A stretch of DNA of 64,000 nucleotides from Octopus vulgaris (Eukaryota), in assembly GCA_951406725.2 (NCBI GenBank), contig OX597825.1, forward strand, positions 43,028,001 to 43,092,000, given 5' to 3'. Under the pieces are notes generated by a model. The model saw nothing but the letters and a program-made list of their open reading frames with translations, searched no databases and was not told where the DNA came from. This document shows, piece by piece, positions 53,818-64,000 of this stretch (position 1 is its first letter; each line of letters opens with the position of its first letter). Position numbers and translations under genes: made by a program.

Positions 53818-54610
53818 ATATGAAAACTCACAGCTTATTTTGCTGGATATGATGAAAGTGTCAGTTGTCCACAGCCAGCAGACTAAGGCAATACTGATTT
53901 TGTAGGCGTTCTACCTTCACACTTACACTAATCTTATTCAACCATGCTGGTAGTTGAGTGCTGATACTTCCAAGTAAACCAATTACTATTAGTATCACGT
54001 CTACTCTCTTCATTGACCACAACCTTCGCATTTCTAACTTCAACTCGTCATAGTTGTTTATTGTTTCTTCTTTTTCATCGGCCTTTTTTGTTACCGGGCC
54101 ATGCTATGTCGATTATCATACATGTCCTTTCTTTTTTATTCACCACAACAATGTCCGACTTTCTGATGTCTTGTCGTGTGATCGCACTGGATTATTGCAT
54201 CCCTCCAGGATTTTGAAATTCTCATTTTCACTGACTCCTGGAGTTTTCTCAAACCCCCATTTTTTGCTCTTTGTAAGCCGTGATTTCCACACAGCTCCCA
54301 ATGGACCATTCTTGCCATATTATCATGGCGTCTTTCATATTAGCGTTGTGCCAATTTCGGGCACTCACTAACGATGTGCCATATCATTTTACCCCTTTCA
54401 CCATACATTCTGCATTTGTCGCTATCGGTAGTCTCTTCTGTTCAACACTTCGTATAGCTGGTCCCTAACGCTTTTTTCCTGAACTACACATACGAAGTGC
54501 CTGTGTCTCTATCTTCAGGTCACTCCTCCTCAATCATAGCCACCAGTCATCTGTATCTATCTTCGCGTTCACATCAATTGCAAACTGACCGTACATTTTC
54601 TTTTCCTCCC
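53818..54610 (-). mobile_element. 3' fragment of the second R4/Dong family
   Basis: MYGQF-like, CRMYG, IVSECPKLAQ, ARMVHWELC and LEMRRLWSMKRVDV. 3' end abuts (ATT)n. Confidence 0.85.
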
Positions 54611-54660
54611 ATGCTTTCTTTTTTTTTGTTCATTTCCTGTTTTATTTCATTATTATTATT

Positions 54661-55143
54661 GAGTGAGAGAGCAGTGCATGCCATCAAAGTGACACTGGGG
54701 TAAAATATACGAAGCCCAGTATACCCATGATGACTACCGTCTGAGAAGGATACACTAGGCACATGCATCACAACCATATGTGCCCGACATGGCGATCTCA
54801 TATCAAAATAAACTGAACATGGCCTTGCAGGTGGGGCCCAGTTAGAATTTTCTTCTAGTCGAGTAACCAATCCCAATTATTCAAACACCAAAGAATCCCT
54901 CTCAACACATGTCTATGATGCTCCCCCACTTCTTCTGCTCGTGATCAGAGATGCACATATTGTCAGACACTAAGGGACATCGTCAACTAGTTAAAGGTCA
55001 AACAGCTGACAAGCAAATCTGTGGTATTGAGCAGAATATTTGTAGCCCATCTTTTATACCAAGACAAAACAATGTACATGATAACACTTCCAATCAGTTA
55101 AGATCAAAGCCATGAGAGCCACTGTCTGGTACTGCATCAAGGC

Positions 55144-55146
<3 letters not shown>
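54661..55146. mobile_element. ~490-bp non-coding repeat element inserted in (ATT)n
   Basis: Sharp boundaries with attattattatt on both sides, GC-richer than its flanks and no meaningful ORF. Confidence 0.6.
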
Positions 55147-55200
<54 letters not shown>

Positions 55201-55396
55201 CAATATTATTATTATTATTCATGTTATCAGTACCCCCTTCAATATAACACGCGCCTATTTTTTAGTAAACATTTGTTAAATATTATATAAATATCGAGTG
55301 ATTGCAATCTACTCACGAAAAGCGAAGATTCTTAAGCATCTCTCTCTCTTTCTCTATTTCTCTCTCTTTCTCTCTCGTTCTCTCACTCCCTCCCCC

Positions 55397-55427
<31 letters not shown>

Positions 55428-55459
55428 GTAAGATATATTTTTATCAATGATTGAGAATA

Positions 55460-55800
55460 TTAAGATCAGAAATTGAAATTGTTGCCAAATTTATTTCAAA
55501 ACGATTAAACAAATATTTAACCTCATTTGACATTTATAAATGTTCGGTAAGTAACCTCATGTGTGAAATGGTGTCCATCAGTTGTCGAAGCTGATTTTGC
55601 TGCCAAGATATAAAACGGAATAAATGATATTATATTTTCATCGATCTCATATAATTTAAGTGAATCAGGAAAGTGGACAAGGAACATTCTATTCAACGAT
55701 GAGCCTGATACTCTTAATCTTTCAGATTCATCTATTTTAATGTATATTTTAATGTATATTTGTTGGAACATAAATACTTTTTCTTCTTAGCGCAATCAAC
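55460..55800 (-). mobile_element. Possible ancient Helitron RepHel fragment
   Basis: FQQ....Y.KI..SERL and IL..S..DG.HFTHE.T resemble the Helitron LFQQ..D.Y.KIE.ERL and ILPSSF.GGPRYM segments. Confidence 0.4.
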
Positions 55801-56445
55801 ATCGAACATATGAAAATAAACCAGTGAAGAATATTGATCAATTGACGGGGAAAATAAAGATTATATATATTTTACATGTTTGAAAAATGTTTGTGTGAAG
55901 TTTCTATATTCACCAAGAGCGAGTTATTAAATAGATTAGAAAAGGTGATTAGGAAAGGCATCACCAGCAACGTGTTTGCATGGAAAATGCGACTCGAATA
56001 CTTTTTCGACGCAAAGCACATTGATTTTGTGGTGTCAAAGTTAAGAAGAGTTCATTTGAATACGAAGTAACAAAAGCAGTTCGATGAGTAAGAGTGACGG
56101 ATGTGCCACATTAAATCTAAAGTCTAGTTAGATTTTTGACTAAATATAACCAATGCATGTTATTTGATTCCATAGAAATTGTGTTATTTTTCGCAGCACT
56201 TAGCTTAGTCATGTGTGTATTATATAAACGGGGAATCTCAGTGCTTACATCAATGGCTCACCGCAAGTATCATCAGAAGTCTTGCAACTGACTGATAACA
56301 GTGTCAGTTATCTGATTTTTTTTGCCCATTTTTATTTCTCTTTGTTCTTGCAAATTGATCTTGGCCATGACGGTACTAAACCCTTTCTCTATTTGTAGAT
56401 TATCCAAATCTGTTCGAAAAAGAGAAGAAAGAAATATAATATACT

Positions 56446-56485
56446 ATGTTGATGAAGCTAACCTTAGGCCAAAACGCGTCTGCGA
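56446..56485 (+). ncRNA. Degenerate minimal hammerhead motif
   Basis: TTGATGA-agctaa(cc)ttaggcc-AAAA-cgcg-TC. Palindromic cgcg loop and two core substitutions. Confidence 0.4.
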
Positions 56486-57299
56486 TATCTTTCGCCTCAG
56501 AATAAAAAAAAATCTAATTATTTTGTTGCTGAACATGATAATTCCACAGTGAAATTGTAAGTAATCTCTCTTCCAGATGAGTTTTTCACAATTATTTCCA
56601 GTTCCTAGACATTTTCAATGAGGAAAATAATGAATGTATCCCGCACGACATTCAGTACATCTGCTATTGAAATATGTATGTACACACACATGCCCCGCCA
56701 CACATACACACATACATACATACACGCATGCACAAAGACACGCACATATACATATAATTTTTTCGATCCGGAGAGAAGTGAATACTTATTTTGATAAGTG
56801 GGCATTCAGTCCATAGTGTTTAGAACTAGGTTTCAGAAGTGATTTCTTCTCATCAACAAACAGAATAGGGGAAATGTATTTAGAGTATAAGCTATTTTCA
56901 GGTTTTTAGGTCTAACCATATTATATCGTGGGTTTCGATAAATTTTCAAGAGTGCTAAGTAAGTTACTAAGAGTATACATTTTGTGCCATTCCCTTCCTA
57001 AACTTAGTAACCCAGTTCAGTGCTGGGAAGTATACGAGACGTACATCCGATTTGTTTCAGATTACAAGTGTAAAGTCTTTTAACAGCATTTTGACCAGCT
57101 ATCTGGGGATACTGTTAAATCGGAAATTGCGATTGCTAGTGCTTACTTCACGGTCCAAGGTAAAATAACTGAAGTGGTCTCGACAGAATAGCTAATGTGT
57201 CAAACAAATCGATAGCTGCAACTGAATGATGTTATTATGATAGTGAATAGTAATGCAAAAGTAAAATCGCTTGGTTGGAGTGGTCTGCTGAATAAGCTT

Positions 57300-57830
57300 T
57301 TGGGTGGATGTAAGGCTTCTTCTCCTCTGTGAAAGATGACTGTCATCTATCACACTTGCGTCTTGACAGGGGATATTGGCAAAGATACAGAATTTCTCTA
57401 GAAAGATGTATGTGAATAATCATGACATCAGTTGGGCACAGACATGTGAAATTCACTGCAAATTTTTCCACGATAATCTTCACCTTTTGCAATACGTGGT
57501 ATGTAACAAAACTGGTGTTGTTAGGATTCCGATTCATTTATATCATCATTCCAAAATTTTCTGCAGCGTTGACCCTGGTTAATTAACGCTATTTTAATGC
57601 AATAATTTTGATCTCGATTTTAGACAGTGTATCGCTTCAGTGTGCATCAAGCATCTCCTCTGCGGTCAATGTAATATAGTCGTCTATTGAAACTGTTTTC
57701 AGAAAGCCAAACTCACTGCATCAAGGATGCCCTTTTCATCACTAGAGGTCACTTTTGTTTTTGAGTAATTGGTGTCCATATATAGATGTGATCTCGAAGT
57801 CCGTATAGTAAAGGGAATTTCTGTGAAATT
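57300..57830 (-). mobile_element. Possible ancient RTE 3' remnant
   Basis: Weak IP.LLYG and R.P....Y...KG..RG traces. Confidence 0.3.
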
Positions 57831-58019
57831 TGATATCAAGACGTACATCTATGCAACAAAATACCGCAAGAGATTTACTTAGTTTATATACTAATTTTAC
57901 TACTGGTTTTATATATGAATAATCATCTATGTAATATCTCGAATAGTATTTTACAGGAAGATAGGGAAAACACCAGTTACTGTAAAGTCTGTACCATCAA
58001 AAGACGAATTGCACGGTTT

Positions 58020-59170
58020 TTGAAAAAAACACACAACGAAAAGGCCCCTTGGATTGATAGAATAGATACGGACTTGCACTCCTTAGAGGAGCAAAAGTGA
58101 TAGGGTGTCAAGGTAGAAGATGTAAGATCTGCTCTCAGGAGGTCAAGCAAATGGAAGTCTCCAGGAAAGGATAAAATACCTAACTTCTGGTTGAATGCCT
58201 TCCCAGAGAGTCGCGAACTGCTAATAGAACTTTACAATGATGTTTTGCAACACCCTATTAGGATGCCTGCTTGGATAATTAATGGTTTAACATTCTTGCT
58301 CCCAAAAAGTGAAGAAACAAATGAACCAAAAAACTATAGAACCATAACCTGCTTAACAACTATGTATAAAACGCTAACATCTGTCCTGACGGAGTATACC
58401 TGTAGTTTTTAATAGACAACAGCATATTTCTTAATGAACGGAAAGGATGTAAACAGGGATCCTATGGTTGTAATGATCAGCTACTCATCAATAAGATGGT
58501 CTTGGAAGAATGTTACAAACGACAAAAATACCTGTCAATAGCCTGGATAGACTATAAAAAGGCTTTTGATAGCCTACCACATAGCTGGATAAAGAAATGC
58601 CTGGAGATGTACAAAATAACACCTACTCTGCGAAACGTTTTGTCTGCAAGTTTTTAGATCATGTAGAACCACATTAAATTTGAACAGTGACGATGAATCT
58701 CTAAATGCTGGTGATGTAAAAATATCACGTGGCATTTTCCAGGGCGACTCACTATCACCACTCCTCTTTTGTTTAGCGTTAATACCTCTCTCAAAATTGC
58801 TCAATGACGCGCAGTACGGATATAACATGTTTGATAAAAATATAAATCATCTCATTTACATGGATGATTTAAAGCTCTTTGCAAAAAATTATCAACAACT
58901 CAAGGGCTTACTAACGATTGTTAAACAATTCAGCGATGACATCAGAATGCAATTTGGCCTAGATAAATGTGCAAAAGCTACTTTTATCAAAGGAAAAATG
59001 ACAGAAACATCTAACGTTTACCTCGACCAGCATAATGGTATAAAATAGTTATACCCAGCGGAGAGCTGCAAGTACCTAGGGGTAATTGGAGGGGATGGAA
59101 TAAGGCATTCAATGATGAACGAAAGAATGCTATCGCTGAGTAAGAGCAATTCTCAAGACAGAGCTGAATT
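58020..59170 (+). mobile_element. R4/Dong-clade RT fragment
   Basis: WKSPGKDKIPNFWL, NYRTITCL, AWIDYKKAFDSLPHSW, RGIFQGDSLSPLLF, YMDDLKL and KYLG. Confidence 0.92.
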
Positions 59171-59978
59171 AAGTACTGAGCATTTGGTAATCCCAAATTC
59201 CATACCGATGTCCCTACCAAACCTCTGGACTGTTTTGGTTAAGGAATTTATCTGTTTTTTCAGATTTCCCAAACAACTTCAGGTCATCCATAAATAGAAT
59301 ATGGTTCAATGATGGACCTTTCTTCCGGCATCCGTAACCCATCTTAACTTTCCTAAGTTTCACTTTTAAGGGTGTTAGTGCAATTAAAAATAGTAAGTGC
59401 AAATAGTAACGGAGAAAACTAATCACGTTGGAAGATTCCCATTTTAATATTAACTTCTCCAAGTAATACATTACTTGAGTGCAATTTGGTTTTCCGCTCT
59501 TTCATGCCATGCATCAGAGAACTTGTGATGTTGTCAGCAACAGCAAACATCTGCAGACATTCAACAATCCAAGAATCCAAGAATGAGTCATCATATCATA
59601 TGCCTTCTTAAATTCAGTCCAAGCCATAGACATGCTTGTATGATAATTTTACAATGCCTCAAAATTGTTTTATCGATGACCAGGTGATCCTTGGTACTCT
59701 TAGAACTCTCCCGACGTCCTTTTTGTTCAATTGGTAGTATTCCTTCTTGTGCCCGGAAATTATGTCTTTGCCGCTCATATTCTAGTGAGTATCTTCCAGG
59801 TTATATTTAGGCATGCTATGGGACGGTAGTTTCCCACAATATTTCCCTTTCTTCTATCTTTCATTATAAGTGTTGTCCTTCCAGTCACCATCTATGCGGG
59901 GACTGTACCTCTCTGGACATACTCATTCAAATGAGGTGCTAGTATTTCATGCAACGTGTGGCGTCTCATCGCACCTCA
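59171..59978 (-). mobile_element. R4/Dong-clade RT fragment, opposite orientation, 5' end at (AAT)n
   Basis: NYRPIACL, EQKGRRESSKSTKDHLVID, AWTEFKKAYD and LNHILFMDDLKLFGK. Confidence 0.88.
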
Positions 59979-60066
<88 letters not shown>

Positions 60067-60161
60067 GTTGTTGCTCTTGTTCTTGTTCTTGTTATTAAAA
60101 GTAGTAATGGTAGTTGTAGTGGCAGCAGCAGCAGCAGTAGTAGTAGTAATAGTAGTAGTAA

Positions 60162-60193
<32 letters not shown>
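59979..60193. repeat. (TAT)n / (GTA)n compound microsatellite
   Basis: Directly visible in the sequence. Confidence 0.95.
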
Positions 60194-60194
<1 letters not shown>

Positions 60195-60539
60195 AAACAA
60201 CACCAGCATAATATCAGCAAAACCAGTAATTTAGTTGTATGTCTACGCTGTGCAAATCATGTTCCCCGAGCTTGTGTACACACACATACAAACACACACA
60301 CGCATACACACACACATATATATATATATATATGTATGTATGTATATATGTATGTATGTATGTATGCATGCATGCATGTAAATGTGTGTGTATGCATATG
60401 CCATATATCTGTGGACCGGCGTGCATTATGTGTATTTAAAGATACACTCCTATGTTGAAAAGAACGGAATTTTCAATCAAATGATATGTGTGGTAAAGAG
60501 AAAGCGAAATGATATGTCAGTGATTCTGCTATGAGTGGG

Positions 60540-61250
60540 GCAATGTGTACAGATCAGTTCTGCATATTTACAGTCCAAGACCACTACTTATATCCTTCTG
60601 CACATCAAAGCGCTACTTCGGAGATATTCAGTTTCGTTTCACAATAGCCTAATTTGAAACTCGGCGTCAAGGCCTGGAGAAGGGAATCGTAAAGGGATGC
60701 GCAGTTTCTCTCTTTCTCTTCATTGTGAATAATCTAGAAGTATATTGATCAGAGAAAGTAAAATGTTAAACAGGATTAAGTGGCAAGTGTGAGGAGAGGC
60801 TACTCCATTGATGGAGTAAGATCTGATTAAATGATTTTAAAAGAGATTTGTTGATTCCCTCAGTGTCAAGAGCAGCATAACCAGTACCGAGAACAAGCAG
60901 TTGAATGACTGAGAAAGATACAAAGATCAAAATTTCCAGAAAACTGAGACTTGTAATGTTTTTAAAGTGTATTCAGTTCCAGTAATATGGAACAGAACTA
61001 ATATTCAGAGTCGTTAACTTATCATTTTTCTAGAAGAGAAATTAAACTTTGTTCTTTTGTTGACTAAGTTAAAATCAAAAGATCTTCATTTAAGTAGTGA
61101 TGCACCTCATAGGAAATCCATAGCTAACTGGATTAAAGTGTTTATCTAAACATCTGTCAATAGTAATGCACGATCTGGAAGATCAATTAAAGACAGTGTA
61201 AGAGAAGAAAACTTAGCATCCATAGTAGAATGCTTTCTTGGAACGTCTAC
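60540..61250 (+). mobile_element. Ancient non-LTR RT remnant
   Basis: LEKGIVKGCAVSLFLFIV resembles RT motif B'. Confidence 0.4.
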
Positions 61251-61499
61251 GAAAATCAATGAAACTAGATTCTTATGAGCTGACCTTTTCCGAATCAGTT
61301 TGTAAAATTCTATGAATGAAATGCCAAATAAAATCCTCCAAAGCTCAAATGCATCAAATGTTTTAGAAGCGTATTATAATACATGATTAATATTATGTCA
61401 TCAATTCAGCTTCAAGCTTGTCGGCGATGCATCACATTTTAACCATTTAGTATTAAATATCACCACACACTATTGGTATAAATTCATCAAGTTTCACTG

Positions 61500-61990
61500 A
61501 CGCGAATGAGACGCCCAAAAGCATATGGATTTCAAGAACATGAAAGATTCCCCTAAACATTACATCTGGTGTACATATGAAATAGATCACATCACTGGAT
61601 CATTTTCATCTCAAGAACACGTTGTTAATGGTGAATGTTATTTAGAAATGCGGCAAAATTCGATCAAAACTGATAGGGGATATTGTGTTTCAGCAGTAAT
61701 GTGCAAAAGGCAGTTTCTAAATGTAAAGTACCTTAACAAATGGAATGGGGGATGCAGATCGATCATGTGGTTTTCCCGTAATTTAAGGGTTTGGAACATT
61801 ATATGATTATTATTTACGCAGTTAATGCTTCGTTCATGAGAAACTCGCATTCCAAGGTAAGTAATATGATACAGGCTTTAACTGAAAATCAATGCTAAAC
61901 CCATTTCTAAAATTTCATTCTGTATATGTCCAATAGTCCTATTTTCCTATTAGGTGCATCACTATTTAAATGAACATCTTTTGACTTTAA
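61500..61990 (+). mobile_element. Old Tc1/mariner-superfamily remnant
   Basis: IWC....ITGSF...VVNGECYLEM and FLN..Y..KWNG....MW resemble the DD-domain region. Confidence 0.55.
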
Positions 61991-62792
61991 ATCAGTCAAC
62001 TAAAGATCAAAGTTTAATTTCTCTTCCAGAAAAATGATAAGTTAATGACTCTGTATATGTCCAAAAGTCTCAATAAAATAATTATTTTAAATTGTAATAA
62101 ATTTTTACACACATATTTTTATCAATAAATTGGATGGTATATAAAACTAGAGAGAGAAAGAACGAAAGAAAGAAAGAATGAATGAATCAGAAAAGAAAGA
62201 GAAAGAGAGTGAGAGCGTGCACGTGTTTCGAACATAGTATTGGGAAAAGCAGAAAGGACTGTAGTTGAAGTAAAACTGAAAATGTGCATGCAGTGAATGC
62301 AAGAAAGACAAATATGACGATTAATGCACGTATGTAAGCAAGGGTTGCATCAAAGTAGATAAAGAGTATTGAGAGGAGTGAAATGCGTTGATATGAAAAG
62401 AAAAAACTTAGATGCATTCATATGTAAATGAGTTTAACAGGAAAATAGTATGGTGTGTCGTGAAACTTTAACAGCACATAAGTTTACGTGAAGAGAAAGA
62501 GAAGATGGAAGCAATCAGTGAAAATGAAAAATAATAATGGACACCATTATATGTCGAGTTTCATGGTAGATATATTACTAAATTAGACATAATCAATCTT
62601 GGAAAATGAAGAACGCATTTAAAATGGTATATAGATGGTATGTATTAACGTAGATATATCTAAGAAGTTATAGTCAAAATATTGCAGAGGAGAATGCATA
62701 ATAGTTCTGAATATTCTAACATTAACTTTTATTGAACACTTTTTGGACCTCTGCCTTAGATAATAGCGTGCGAAATATCATAGACTTAACAT

Positions 62793-63195
62793 GTACGAAA
62801 GTCAGTTGACCAAGATACTGTTATAGATTGTGACTAAATGAGGTTTATTTTTCAATATGCACCCCCTTGCGGTACACGTACTTATTACATTGGTGTCGTA
62901 TTGCTTGGAAGCCATTGTTGAAGAAGCTTTCAAAGCCAAATGCTTTTTTTATGTTCGGGAACTGCTGATATTCAGTTGGTGCCAAATCAGGAGAATAGTG
63001 AGGGTGATAAACCAGTTCAAAGGCACAGTCACGCACAGCAATCATTGAAAGCAAAGACTTGTGTGCTAGAGTATTGTCCGCATGGAACAATATCCCTTTC
63101 GTTAGTATTTCTGGGCTTTCGGTCTTCATAGCCTTTCGTAATTGCCTCAGCAAGTTGGTATAGTAACCTCTATTGATGGTGTGACCATTTTGAAG
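62793..63195 (-). mobile_element. Mariner 3' fragment (similar family to 8345-9449)
   Basis: FHADNTLAHKS and HPHYSPDLAPTEY. End shares cttggtcaac with ~9414. Confidence 0.88.
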
Positions 63196-63398
63196 CTGTA
63201 GTGTTTTTCCCTTATGTGGAGACAACAGATAACTTTTGCAGTCGGTACGAAGAAATCTGAGCACTCACCTATGCACATGCATTCATTTCGTCATGGAATA
63301 TTTCATTGAGTGTTTGTCTTTTACTGCAAATGCTGCTGTAATATCCAACACGTAATGGAGGTGTTAATGTGTGTGTGTGTATGTGTGTGTGTGTGTGT

Positions 63399-63455
<57 letters not shown>

Positions 63456-64000
63456 CGTGTGTATATGTGTGTGTGCGTGTTTTGAACAACACTCGATGTC
63501 TTTTGAGTGAGAGCACATAAAACTATGCACAAAGACTTGGTGAGAGTATAGAAATAATAAATCTCAGACAGGCAAAGTAAGATTCGAGTACGTGGTGCTA
63601 TTGTTGTGTGCGCACATTGATTGAACGAGTGTATAATAATTTGAATCTTTTGTATAAACTGTTTTCATTATAGCCATTTTAAGAATTAAGATCGACAAAG
63701 GCCGTTTTTCATTGTTTTTTTGGCCAGTTTGATTGTTTTAAATCGACTGTGCTACTTGAACCTTTTTGTCTACTTAGCGGATAAAAATCTGTAAAGAAAT
63801 AAGAAAACATCGATATTGTAAAAAAAGAATTATCCGGGAAATTTGTGGTAAATTGTCTTAATGTAGTAAGAATAAATGATGTGAACAAAACATGCGACAA
63901 GATGAGGTACTAGTTGATCGAGAACACGATACAGCTATTTCTCCCAAATTCTAAATTTAGTTAATTTACAAACGCAGAAAAGTCACAGATTACTTATATC

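Overview
AT-rich, microsatellite-dense animal genomic DNA. The SINE, LINE and microsatellite repertoire looks like an octopus (coleoid cephalopod) genome, but this is inferred from repeat style and not verified. I found no intact host gene or convincing exon. Most short ORFs in the track are translations of (TA)n, (CA)n or (TAT)n repeats. The window is dominated by decayed mobile elements: three Penelope-like elements (PLEs), CR1, RTE and R4/Dong LINE fragments, Tc1/mariner and pogo remnants, non-autonomous Helitrons, several tRNA-derived SINEs (one as a tandem trimer) and several fold-back palindromes. The most notable signal is a set of minimal hammerhead-ribozyme (HHR) motifs. One is intact (38722-38766, minus strand) and delimits a non-coding, hairpin-rich 353-nt unit present as about 1.3 tandem copies. 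This is a candidate non-LTR retrozyme or circRNA template, and it is fused directly to a 5'-truncated RTE LINE. Ribozyme folds were identified by eye, and activity and expression are untested.
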